A stretch of 63,737 nt of DNA, filler included, from Rhizaria sp. SCN 62-66 (Eukaryota): assembly GCA_001724265.1 (NCBI GenBank). It is 7 parts of 7 records of this genome, joined end to end, with 100 filler letters (N's around TTAATTAATTAA, not from the genome) between each part and the next. Parts side by side here need not be neighbours in the genome. Positions count along the whole stretch, not along the records: positions 29,764 to 39,007 come from MEDY01000575.1; positions 39,108 to 48,352 come from MEDY01000576.1; 5 more parts are not named here. One strand, 5' to 3'. The position numbers were made by a program, and so were the translations under genes. The notes beneath the pieces were generated by a model that was not told where the DNA came from, made no database searches, and saw only the letters and a list, made by a program, of their open reading frames with translations. This document shows positions 34,541-46,433 of this stretch, in pieces; position 1 is the first letter of the stretch; the number at the start of each line of letters is the position of its first letter.

Positions 34541-35365
34541 TCCCGCAACAGCACCTTCCTCGCCTACGCCGTGCGCTCCGCCATTGCCGCCGTCGACAAC
34601 GCGCCCGCGCTCTCGGCCGCTGCCGCCCCCGACGCCGCCTTCAACTTCAAGGCCGCCGACGTCGAGGCGCTTAAGGTCTGCGCGCTGCCCGCCGGCCCCG
34701 CCGCGATGCCCGCTTCGGCCGCCGCCGCGGACAACAATGTCGCGCAGGAGCTCGTCGACGTTGTCTCCACCCTCCGCGAGAACATCAAGGTTCGCCGCGG
34801 CGCGTTCGTCTCGCTCGCCAACAGCGGCAACGCCAACGGCTTCGTGGCGTCGTACGTGCACAACGAGCTCCCGATTCCCGTGGAGCTGCAGCCGTACCTC
34901 GACACCGTCGCCGGCCAGGGCTACGAGGTCCGCTTCGGCGGTTCCGCGGCCGTCGCGGCCGTCGCCACGTCCGCGACCGAGGCGCCCGACGCCGAGCTGT
35001 CTGACCTCGCGCGCAAGGTCGCCATGCAGGCCGTCGCGGGGCGCCCGGAGTACCTCGCGCGCGCCAACGTGCCCGCGGAGCTGCTGGCCAAGGAGCGCGA
35101 GATCATCATGGCGGCGCCCGAGACTGCGGGCAAGAAGGCCGACATCGTGGACCGGCTCGTCGAGGGCAAGCTGGGCAAGTTCTACGAGGCCGCCGTGCTC
35201 GTCGACCAGGTCTTCCTCATCACCAATGACACCAAGCGCCCCAAGGTCGGCGAGCTGCTCGCGCGCAACGCCGCCAAGCCCGTCGTGGCGCAGCTCGCGC
35301 GCTTCACGCGCGGCGAGCCCGTTGCGGGCGAGGAGGAGGAGCCCGCCCCCGAGGCCTCCGCGTAA
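34184..35365 (+). CDS. TSFM: Mitochondrial elongation factor Ts
   Basis: LVKKLRDATGSPLMECKKAL, AIEWLRKKG, RAAKEG, LEVNCETDFVSRN, ENIKVRR, GKLGKFYE..LVDQ. The N-terminus MFAATRTKTSSLLLAPLVRF looks like a presequence. Ends at TAA. Confidence 0.95.
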
Positions 35366-35921
35366 GCAAATCACGCTCATGCAAGGCTGAGGCTTGATGA
35401 CGTTCTTTAAAGAGTAAAATTGAAGGAGTTGGGAAGGGTTATTATAATATCATATTATGCATGTCTCCGGGAGTGAATGCGTGGCAATAGCGCGCGTTGG
35501 CTCTGGGAAGGTATTTATTGGCAGCAGGAGTGCTGCTGCGTCCGTCGTTGGTCGTCGTCGCTGTCGTTGCGAGTGGTGTGGATGTTGCGCTGTCTGTTCA
35601 CGCTGTCTGTTCACAACTTTTTTCGCAGACACGTCGCGCACACAACACACAACCACATAAAAGATACAATAGTTTAGTGAAACTTAATCTTATAACCAAA
35701 TTTCAATGGAATTACACTTTGAAATGTCCTGAATAAACAGTTTGTGGTTTGTATTGAATAGCAGAGTAACTAACAGGAGGAATCACTGAAGAGATAGGAA
35801 ATACTGGTGACATAATAGATTATGTTTGATGCAATGAACACGTTCAAATAAATGTACATACACGTGTCAAAGAACGTATGATGCTTGCTTCACTGCTATG
35901 GTGAAAACGAAGCGTATAAAA

Positions 35922-38900
35922 TTAGTGCAGTGCGTCAAGTGCTTCAGCCAACTTGGCCTCCTCCTCCGCAGCAGCGGTAGTTGCGGTGGCGGCGGCGGCG
36001 GCGTTAGCGTTGGCGGGGGCGGCATTAGCGGCGGCCAGCGCGGCCTTGAGCCGCTCGATCTCGCGCTCCTGCTCCGCCACCCGCGCCCGTAGCGCCGCGC
36101 CGCTGCCCTCGCCGCAGGACGAGCTGCCGCCCGCCGCAGTGGGCGTGACCGTGACCGCAGCCGCGCTGGAGGCGCGCTGGTCGCTCTCGGCGAAGGGCGA
36201 GGCGGCGCCCATGCCGAGCGCCCGCTGCGCGCGCGTGCGCACGTAGAGGTGCACGTCGCCGCGCGAGTAGAAGGGCCAGAGCTCCAGCATGCGCATGTCC
36301 AGACACGGCCACAGCGGCGCGGACAGCGCGCACGACGAGACCGACTCCGCGGCGGCTGCGGCCGCTGCGGCGGCAGCAGCAGCAGCGGCGGCGGCACTGG
36401 CGCTGTCAGGGACCGCCGCGGCGGCGAGCGCGACGGCGGCGACGGCGTGGACGGCGGCGGCGTGCTCGTAGAGCGGGTTGGCGAAGCGGTCGAGGTGCTT
36501 GGCGGCGACGGCGGTCCACAGCGACGTGGTGGCGCCGCGCACGTTGGCGGCGTGGCGTTGGCGCTCGCAGTCGAAGAGGAAGGTGCCGTATTTGCACGCG
36601 AAGACGTGCTCGGCGACGTGGCCCAGGAAGGCCGCCGAGAACTCGAAGGCGCGCGGGAACTGGCGCACGAGCTGGTAGACGCAGTCGAGCGTCTGCAGCA
36701 GCACGGGCGAGCGCTCCTCGCTCTGGTAGTCGCCGTCGCAGTGGCCGAGCCGCTGCGCGCACTTGTGCCCGAATGCGGGGAACTCCTTCTCAATGAGCGC
36801 CGCAAAGCCGCGGAAGGTGCGGCACTGGGGCTCGAGGAGCAGCTGCGCGATGAGGCACAGCTGCCCCGTGCGGTCCCAGCCGTCGGAGCAGTGCACCAGC
36901 ACCGAGGCGCCGCCGTGCAGCAGCGCGGCCGTCTTGGCGCCGCCCGCCAGCGCGAGCTGCACGTGCCGCAGCCACTCAGAGTCGGCCAGCGCGTCGAAGT
37001 AGCCCGCGGCGGCCGAGACGGCGCCCGCGGGGTGCGGCGGGAAGTGCGCTGGGGACACCACCGCGCCCACCGACACGCCGCCGCCGCTGCCGCCGGTGCT
37101 GCTGCTGGAGCTCGAGCTCGAACTGCTGCTGCTGCTGGAGCCGTTGGCGCCGCCGGAGGGCGCGCCTTCGCTGAGGCCGGGCGAGCCCGACTGTCCGCGG
37201 TCGCCCTCGCTGCCGTTGCTGTTATCGTTGTTGTTATGGTTCACAGCGGGCGCGGCGGCGATAGGCGGGGGCGCCACTAGCGGGTTCCCGGAGGCGTTAG
37301 CGGCGGCGACCGAGGCGGAGGCGGCCAGCGCGCCGGGCGCGGGGTTGATCTGCGGTGTCAGCGAGAGCGCGCACTGCAGCGGCCAGCGCGCCAACCAGGA
37401 CCACAGCCAGCCGCCGGAGCGCAGAACGCCGCCGCTGCCGCCGCCGGGCGCGGCCGCCGCCGCTGCGGCCACCAGGCGCGCGCGCGAGGGCTCCCACGCC
37501 AGCAGCGCCTCCAGCACCGACGCCTCGGCCTGCCGCGGGGACGGGGAGGCCTTCGTCTGCTGCTGTTGCTGCTGCTGTTGCTGCAGGGCGGGCGGCGGGT
37601 AGAGCACCGAGGTGTGGCCGCGACGGGGACGCGACTCCGGCTCAGCCGCAGTCTCAGCCGCAGTCTCAGCCGTAGTCTCAGCCACGACTGCCTCCGTCTC
37701 AGTCTCGGCGGCAGCATCGCTACTTAGGGCGATCGCCTTCACGACTGCGCCGTCACGAGGGAAGAGCGCGGCGCGGACGACGCGGGTGAGCCCGCGGAGC
37801 AGCTCTGGCCGCGCGCGCTGCCAGGCGGCGGCGGCGTCGCCCGCGCCGGCCATGCCCAGCACGGCGAGGTGCGCCTCGGCGGCCTCGGCGACCGAGGTGA
37901 GCAGCGCGTGGGCGCACTGCGCGCGGCACAGCTGCTGCACCTTCTTGATCGAGGCGCGCATGACGTGGATGTTCTCGACGCCCGCGAAGTGGACCGTGGC
38001 GCGGTACCACTCGTCGCGCTCGGCGCCGCCGCCCTTGACGGCGTTGGCGCTAGCGTTGGCGCGCGGCCGCGCGTCGACCACGTGCGTCACGCCGCTCTCG
38101 CGCACCAGCAGCTCGTCGGCCGCCGAGCGTGAGCCGAAGAGCCCCGGCTGAGGCTGCGATGAGCGCAGCAACACGGCGCCCAGCCCCGCGCCGCTGCTGC
38201 TGAAGCCGCCGCCGCTGAAGCCGCCGCTATTGGCGGGGCCGCCGCCGGGCGCCGAGGAGACGTGCCCCGCGCAGCGCGGCCAGTGCCCGTGCGAACACAA
38301 CGCCGCCACGGCAGCTAGGCCCGCGCCGTCGCCGCGGTCGCAGTCGCACAGACGGGGGTCGAACCAGCGCGCGGCGCGCGTGGCGTAAGTCAGCACGGGG
38401 AAGCGCGCACGCGCGCGGAACTTGGCGGCCTTGGCGACGGCGTCGTCGGCCATGGCGGCGGGGACGGCCAGCAGCGGCGGGTACGTTGGCGACAGCGCGA
38501 AGGCCGCGTTGGCCTCGGAGACGCGCCACGCGCCGGGCAGCGCTGTGGCGCCCGAGCCCACGGAGCCGCGCCCGATGGGGCCGTGAGCCTGCGCAGTGCG
38601 GCCAGAGCACGTGAACGACATCGCGCTCGCGCTCACGCTCGCGCCGCTGCTGCCGTCATTGCTGTTGCTCTCGCCGGGACTCGTGTAGTACGCGGGGGGC
38701 AGGGGCGCGACGCCGAGGCGGGCCAGCTCGGCGCGCGGGCACAGCACGCCCCAGCCGTCCTCGCCGGGGGCCAACGTGTACAGCCTCCCGGATCGAGAGC
38801 TAGAGCTAGAGCTGTCACACTGCATGGGTCCGAGCGCGAAGGCGAATGCGCGGAGCTGCGCGCGCCCGTGGCCGCCCAGAGCGGCAAGGCGCGACTCCAC

Positions 38901-39007
38901 GGTCCAGGGCTCCCCGCCGGGCCCCGAGGCCGCGGCGGCGGGCGGCGCCAGCGCGGGCGGCGGGCGCAGCGCGAGCGCGGCGTCGGTGAGCCCGGCGCCC
39001 GCGAGCC
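35922..39007 (-). CDS. Myotubularin-family phosphoinositide 3-phosphatase (active motif intact), 5'-truncated
   Basis: WRVSEAN..LSPTYP, FRARARFPVLTY, RSSQP, DARPRANA.AN..KGGGAE, ENIHVMRAS, catalytic VHCSDGWDRT, FGHK..RLGH, ERSP..Q.LDCVYQL.RQFP.AFEF, and a C-terminal coil. Ends at TAA. Confidence 0.95.
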
Positions 39008-39107
39008 NNNNNNNNNNNNNNNNNNNNNNNNNNNNNNNNNNNNNNNNNNNNTTAATTAATTAANNNNNNNNNNNNNNNNNNNNNNNNNNNNNNNNNNNNN
39101 NNNNNNN
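39008..39107. other. Artificial contig linker
   Basis: Same 100-nt spacer. Confidence 0.98.
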
Positions 39108-39408
39108 GGTAATCTAGGGATGTTTATTGGGGATGGGGGGTGCCTCAACATCACAAACATGTGGGGTGGGAGAGGCAAACGGCCCAATTCGCGACCCCCG
39201 TGTGACTGGCTACTCGCTGCACACCCTGCTGGCGAGCTGGGCAGGACTACAGTCATGTAACGCACCGGACAGTTGTTGGGTGCATCGTCAGTTAAAGTTA
39301 AAATGTGCCCTTGCGATTTAACTTCATTTTGTCAACTATTTCCCTTTATTTTGTCTTTACAGAGTGTATATACAGGCCTATTGAACAGCGTGAACGCTCA
39401 GTCAAAGG

Positions 39409-42400
39409 ATGAGCAAACGAGGTCATGGTACCTTGCCATCCAACGAGCCGTTGCCACGCCGTCGAAGCTTTTCAGAGCACCCTAAAGCGGCGTAGCTGGA
39501 GGAGTCAACCGCTAGTACGTCGCCAGCTATGACAAATGCAGTCTCCAAAAGCTCGTCCCCTTCTACAGTGCTTGGACCAGTCGTGGAGGTGCCTTTGGTG
39601 GTCCACACTGTGTCCTACCGCCCAGGCCACTGGTCTCGTACGCCCCGGCGCGCGCTCTCCACGCGCGCATCCATGACGACCACCAGAACAACTCGCAGCA
39701 GCAGTTTGGCTACCTCAGACAGCACAGCGGACGGGACAGGGGTTGCCGCTGCCCCCGCAACCGTTCCTTCCGCAGCGGCGACTTTGGCGCAACTGCACAT
39801 GAACACGCAAATCCAGCCCTCAGTGCATCGCAACGCCACGCACATCGAGCTCGAGCACGAGTCTCTCGCCGACGCGCGCTTTAACGACCTGGCGAACCCG
39901 GCCTCGTTTGTGTTCTCGTCGCAGTCCGCGCCGGCTCCCGCGCCGCCGCGCGCCGTGCGCTTCACGCTGCTGCCCACGGTCACCGCGGTCGGCCGCTAGA
40001 CCCAGCTCGGCACCGCCGCGGCCGCGCGCCCCGAGCCCGCGTCGCACGCGCTGCGGGCGTGCACGGACTCCAACGCCGTGGCGGGTGCGGCGCTGCTGCG
40101 GCGCGGCGGCAGCGCGCGCGGCCCGATGATGCGCCGCGCCCCGCCCGCGCGCGCGCAAGGTACGGTCGCGGCGCTGACCACGCCCGCGAGCTTTGGCGGC
40201 GTTGCCACGGGCCGCGGACCGAGACTCTTCTCCATGCGCCCGCGCTCCGCCGCCGCGCCCCATGAGGCATCGGCTACGGCGCGCGCCGGCCTGGGGCCCG
40301 GAACCTATGACGTACCCGCGCCCTCGGACGCGTTCCTCATCGCCGCGCAGCGCGAGGGCGCGCTCCGGCCGCCGCGCCGCGCGCACGCCGCGGCCGAGCC
40401 CGGGGGCCGAGTTGGCGTGGCCGCCGGCATGGGCGCGGGCGGCGACGCACACTCCAGAGCAGGAGGCGGAGGCGGCGGCGGCGGCGGCGGGGGCCAGGGT
40501 GAAGTGTCGCTGTGGGCGACGGCGTTGGGCGCGCACGCGGTCGTGGCGGCCCCGCCCATGGGCACGTTTGCGCGCACGGCGCGCTGGTCCGGCGAGGGCG
40601 CGGCGCTCACTGCGGCAGATAACTCAGAGTACGTGAGAGTGATACAGCGCAAACACACTGTAACTGACGGATATTTAGTATTTGCATCAGAGCACCTTTT
40701 ATATTGAATTCAATGTGTGTATATTCTTATTTTCTGTTTTTTCTTCTCTCTGCTTTTAGACTGACGACGACGACGTACGTCCCGACATTGCCGCCCAAGT
40801 CCCTGTCGCCGTCGCGCCGCCCCGCCACCGCGCGCGCCCGCACCGCCTTCAGCGGCGGCAACTTCAGTCGCAGTGGCGGTCTCCGTGCGGGCGCCGCGGC
40901 CTTGCGTGCTCTGCGGACGCAAACCGACGGCTTCGCGGCCGCCGCGCTGGCCGAGTGCCTCGACGGCGCGCTCACGGCCCACGACGGCGACGGCATCGGC
41001 GCCAGCTACGACGGCACTGGCTCTACTGGCACTGGCACTGGCTCGACTGACGTTGGTTTGACTAGCGCTGGCGCCGGCGCGGTGGTCGGTCTGGACTACC
41101 GGTCGGCGGACGAGCTGTGGCAGCTGGCCGACGCGGCGGACGCCGACGCCGCCGCGGCCGCCGCGCGCCCGCTCGCGCTCGGACTGGGCGTCGCGGCCGC
41201 GATGGAGCGCGAGCGCGAGCGGGCCCGTGAGCGTGAGGCGCGCGAGGCCCGCCGTGGGCAGCGCTCGGTGCGCGGCGGCGGCGGGGCAGCGTGGCGACAC
41301 GCGCTCGCAAGGAGCAACGGTGGCAGCACTGGCGGCGTGGGCGGCGCTGCGGAGGCTGACGCGGAGGAGGCGGATGTGGAGTTTAACGGCACGCTTGCGA
41401 CGCGGTACATGGGCCCCACGCCTGCGTGCGTGCACAGGGAGTCGCCGCCGCGACAGTGGCAGCGCCCCGGCACCGCACCAGAACATGCACATGCACACGC
41501 GCATGTGCATGCTCGTCGCGCCGCTAAAGCAACGGCCGTCCCGGCCACAGCAGCAGCGACGGCGCCAGCGGCGAGCGCAGGCGATTCGGAGCCCGATGCC
41601 CGTGCCACCGCAGCGCACGCGGACGCAGACGCAGACGTAGACGCAGCAGCAGCGCCGCCGGTGATGACGACGGCGGCGCTGGCCGCGTCGGTCGCCGCCG
41701 AGGCGAGCGCGTTGGCCGCGGCGGCGCTGAGCGAGGCCGCGCTGGCCGACGCCGCCCTGCGCACCAGCACCGGCAGCGGCAGCGGCAACGGCTACGGCAA
41801 CGGCCACGGTAGCGGCAATGCGCCCGCGCTGGGGCTAGGGCTGGGTGGGTTCGTGCGCACGCTCGACGGCCGCATCGTGCACGCCTCTGGCCGCGCGGGC
41901 GCCGCGCGCGCGCACATGTCGGCCCGCGGCGCGGCGCGCGCGCTGGAGCACGCCGTGGCGGCGGCGCAGCGCGAGGCGCGCGTGGCGCGGGCGGCGACAT
42001 GGGCGCCCTCGGCCGCGCAGACGCGTCTGCTGCGCACGCCACACGCTGTGCCCATGCGTGTTGACCGGCCCTCGGACCGCTACCCCTCGGCAGCGCAAAC
42101 CGCCGCTGACGGCGACGGCGACCGTGGCAGTGGCAGTGGCAGTGGCGGTGCGTTTGCGGCCGGGCCCCGCACGGCGACGGTGCGGTTCGCTGAGAGCCCG
42201 CACGGCCGCCTCGGCTGGGGCTCGTCTCACTCAGGCTCTGCCAGGCTCTCTGGCTCTGGCTCTGGCACTGGCGCTGGCGCTGGCGGCGGTCCTGGTGCGC
42301 GGCACGCTGGCTGGGTTGTGGGGCAGCTGCCCGCGGGGGACCGCATCGCAGACCGGCTGGCGGCGCTGCCGCGCGACGCGGACGACGGTGACACGCGCCA

Positions 42401-42884
42401 GCGGCAGCGGGCGCAGTCGGCGCTCGTGCGCAGGCTGTACAAGACCGAGCCGCTGCCGCCGCCGCTGGCCCCGCGCGCGCCGGTCGACTGGGCCCTCCCC
42501 AGCGCGCGCGCTGACAACACCGGCTTCAGCCGGTCCGGCACCGCAGCAGCAGCTCCGATGACTGCGGTTTATCCCGTGGCGGAGACCGGGCCTGCGGGGG
42601 AGGACGCGGCCGCGGCCGAGGCTGAGGCACTGGTGCCGCGACGGCGGTCCGAGCTGCGCGCGCTGGCCGAGGCGGCGGGGCGCGAGCGCCTGCACGAGCA
42701 CCTCGTCCGCCACGGTGACGCTGAGCCGCACCGCGCGCTCCAGGACGCGATCACCGGCGGCGGCCGCGCGCAGCACAGGCAGGGCCAGGGCCAGAGCCAG
42801 AGACTGAGGCAGCGTTCGGCGCGCGGGGGCAGGCCGGCGGCGGCGATGAGCGCTGAGCTGGACGACGATTACGGCCTGTTTTAA
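39409..42884 (+). CDS. Hypothetical two-exon protein with one STPG/SHIPPO-like motif (LGPGTYDV); two in-frame TAGs (39493-39495, 39997-39999)
   Basis: Exon 1 is 39409..40628, the phase-2 intron is 40629..40759 (GTACGT...TTTTAG), and exon 2 is 40760..42884, ending at TAA. Splicing joins ORFs 40078..40707 and 40704..42884 in frame. ORF 39529..39999 is in the exon 1 frame and is separated from it only by TAG. An alternative start is the ATG at 39529. Confidence 0.6.
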
Positions 42885-43065
42885 ACAAAACAATTGTTGG
42901 ATACCTAAACATTACTTTTACGAATAAGTTTACATAGACAATCGACGAATACATATATTGTGATTTTTTTTTAAATGATTAAAGTCGACTCTATGTATTC
43001 TTACTATGTAACATGATATTTTCTTCAATAGTGTTTGCAGGACGCTTTCAGATCACTGCAGAGGG

Positions 43066-44814
43066 TCAGATATTCTCACGCCCGGCCTCGCCCTCGTCGT
43101 CGTAGTCCCAGGGCCCCTCGTACTCGCGCTTGAGGTGTCCACCCTGCTGTCTGGCGAACACGGCCGGCGCAACGCACACCACGCCGGCCAGCGCGGCGGC
43201 GAAGCAGTGTCCGATGACCGGGGAGTGCGCGGTGAGCACCAGCCAACCCGCGGCGGCAAGCAGCGCGCTGGCGGCAGCGAACGCCCGCGGGCGCGCGCGC
43301 TCGAGCACGGCCAGCACGGGCGGGAGCCCCGCAAAGAGGACGCACACGGCGAAGAGCAGCGCGAACGCGTGGTCGGCGTCGCGCGGGAGCCGGGAGCAAA
43401 GCGCGACGCTGGCGCAGACCACGAAGGTGAGCGCGACGCTGCCGCGGGACAGGGTCGCATCGAGGCCATCCGGCCGCACAGCCGCACTCGCAGTCTCGGT
43501 CGCACTGGCGCTGACTCTGGCAGTCACTGCACTGCTGACGTCAGTGGCTGCAAATGCCCTGTTCGCCAATGCGTTATTTGTGTTGACCCTAGGATTCGCG
43601 GTGGCTTTGCCGCGACGACTGCGATCATGGGTCTCTCTCGCAGCCTTACCGTCAGTGCTTGTGTTGACTCGAGGATTGACTCTCGGAATCGCGGTCTCTC
43701 GTACAGCCTTACCGTTGTTGCTCTTGGTCTTCGTCACAGTGACGAGCCCTGACGCATCCATGTCCGTCGCATCGTCATCGCCGTCACTGACACGATCTCC
43801 ACCACCCACGTCAACGCCATCATGCTAAACGCCGTAGCTGACACTCGGACTCGCATTCGCAACATCATCATGTGCGAGCGCATGCTCGTCCTGCCCCGGC
43901 TGCTGCGGCGGCGGCGCCGAGTAGTCGTACGCCGCGACGTGCAGCACGGCCGCCAGCGCTGTCGCGCCCAGCACGGCCCGGTCCGAAAGCGCGCTGGCGA
44001 GCTCCCCCATCGCCGGCGCCAGCAGCAGCAGCGCGAAGGCCAGCAGCGCGAGGCGCCGCGACTGGTGCTTGACCGCGCGCCGCAGCTCCTCGCGCGCCGC
44101 TGTCGCCGCCGTCGCCGTCGCCGCCGTCGCCGCTGGGGCTGCGGCTGCGGCGGTCAGAGCGCGCCAGCCCCAGACGAGCGCGAGGGTGCCGAGCGCGAGC
44201 GCGGCGAGTGAGACCGACACAATGGCGTGCGGACCGGCGGCGCGGACGGCCGCGGCGGCGGTGCAGAGCGCGTGGCCGAGCGGGGAGGCCGGGAGATCGC
44301 CCAGCAGCAGCGGGGACAGCAGAGGCAGCGTCGTGGACCGGTGCGGGCAGGAGAAGGGCGGCAGCAGCGACGTGGGCTCCGCGACGAGGGGACTCGCGGG
44401 CGCGAGCAACGAGAAGAAAGCCGCCAGCCAGAGCGCGACCGAGGAGAGGCGGCAGGCGAGCGGCAGGGCGCGGAACATGAGCGCGCGCAGCGGCCGGCGG
44501 CGCGCGGGCAGAGTGGCGTTGGTGACCAGACACGCGAGAAAGGTGTCGTCGGTGTGGTTGTCTGGGTACGGCTGCCGCGCGTATAGGATCTTGCGCCACG
44601 GAGGGCGCGGTCGCGGCTGTGGCGCAACAGCATCCAGAATAGTCCCAGAAGCAAGAGCAGCGACAGAGGCAGTTGTTGTGACCCTCTTGCGGCTCGCTGC
44701 AGTGACCGTCGTTGTTGTCACATCCGCGGACGCTCGGTCCACTGATTGCGCAGCCGAGGCTGCTGGCTTGCGGCATCGATTCATTGGCGCCAATGCGCCG
44801 TAAAATGTGCGCAT
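43066..44814 (-). CDS. PIGC: GPI-GlcNAc transferase subunit PIG-C/GPI2, 582 aa if TAG 43827-43825 is read as sense
   Basis: The N-half has WRKILYARQPYPDNHTDDTFL, LAPAMGELASALSDRAV and LHVAAYDY. The C-half has CASVALCSRL..HAFALL and KREYEGPWD. Both halves are in one frame with a single TAG between them. Ends at TGA. Confidence 0.9.
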
Positions 44815-45492
44815 CTGTGACCTAACAAACAGGCCTGTCCGAGCGGTAGTTTGCGCTCAGCACTGCGTCTGTGTGTTGATGCGGGTCTGACCAACGGCTC
44901 GAATCGACAGGAGAGCACCTGATCGCAGAGGTTGAGCAGTTATAAAAGAGAAATTGAGATATGTGGGTAAATAGCAGTGTTATTACTGTGGGTAGTCGTC
45001 ATAGAGCAAACAACGATGCGGGTATACCGCATATCGAGTGGTTTGAAGATCGTGATCAAGCTGGGCGTGGGGCGACGGGGAAGGGAAGCGATTGATTTTT
45101 TGTTGCTTGATCTAGCGAATCCCATCGCTTGCGATGGAATTTGCACTCGTAATAGAATGCTACATGGCGCATATAATGTTTCTTTATTTTCAGTTTTCAC
45201 TGCATGTCAATCCACACCGCTGTAGACGTGCATGAAGATATGGCGTGACCACTTCCTCATCAAGGTGGGACTCTTCCTGTTCAATCCTGGTTCATTCATT
45301 ACCAAAGTCAAGTCTTTGACTTTAATCCCGGTGGACCACACATTAGCTAGATGAATAGTGTTACTTTTCACAAATTGTATCTGAACTGGCCTTGCTTTAA
45401 CATGCCAAATCACTCCTCTTCACTTCCCCAACCGTTTGATTTCTCACGCGCCACTGCTTTTCCATCGCCGCCTCGCAGACCCTCTTACTGCG

Positions 45493-46433
45493 ATGTCCAA
45501 GCCGCGCACGAGCTTTACGCCCGCCGACCTGATCGCGGGCCTTACGCCCGACTACCTGTTGGGCTTGATCGACGATGTCAAGTGGCGCGACTCGACCTCG
45601 AAGGCCGTGCAATGCGCGCTCAAGCTCGCTGGCGCCGTCATCCAGGACCACGGGCTGCTCTCGGACGAGTCGCGCAAGGAGACCGTCGCCAGTACGTCTT
45701 CCTGTTCCACCATACCACAACTAACGCCGCAACTATCCTATTGCATCGCGCGCAAAGCTCTAATCTTCATCAATCATTCGCTGGTCCTACAACTCTGATA
45801 TCGCACTTCTTCTTACACACATTGCTATCTCTGCGGACTTACTCTGCTCTCACTGTCCGTACAGACTTCAGCGCCGCCGCGGGCCTGCTGGGCACGGCGC
45901 GCCGCGTGTTCCGCTTTATGCGCTGGACGCGTTTCGCCTACGACATGCCGTCGAACATCGCGGACAAGGACCCGATGATGTCGGCTCTCAAGGCGCTGCA
46001 CTTCACCTCGAACCTGACCTCGTGCTTGGTCGAGGACGTCACCACGCTCGAGCGCCTGCGCCTCGTCGACACGGGGCTGCCCGCGCTGGCGACCGTGGGC
46101 AACCTCGCCTGGCTGGGCGAGTCCGCCACGGGCTTCCTCATCACGCTCATCGTCGTCAAGAAGCAAGCCGACGCCTACAAGGCCGCCTTCAAAGCCTGGC
46201 GCACCGCTCTGTCCTCCGGCAAGCTCGAGGAGGCGCGCTCGCTGGGCGCGATTGCGTTTGCGCAGTGGGTCAAGTACCACTTCTCGCTGCTCACGCTCGT
46301 CAAGTGGCTCGGCGAGACCGTCGCTGCCTCGCACGACAACGGCTACCACACGGCGTCCAAGGCCGCCATCGCGGGCTCCCTCGTCTCGGCCGTCGTGTCC
46401 ACCTACGCGCAGAGCGCCAAGTTCTGGAAGTAA
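45493..46433 (+). CDS. PEX11: Peroxisomal membrane protein PEX11 family, two exons
   Basis: Exon 1 is 45493..45691 (WRDSTSKAVQCALK), the phase-1 intron is 45692..45864 (GTACGT...ACAG), and exon 2 is 45865..46433 (GTARRVFRF, NLAWL, GSLVSAVVSTY..W). Ends at TAA. Confidence 0.8.

Noticed and set aside
34184-35365. EF-Ts as bacterial contamination or horizontal transfer
   Set aside because: It has a presequence-like N-terminus and host-like codon usage, and is flanked by eukaryotic genes on the same contig.
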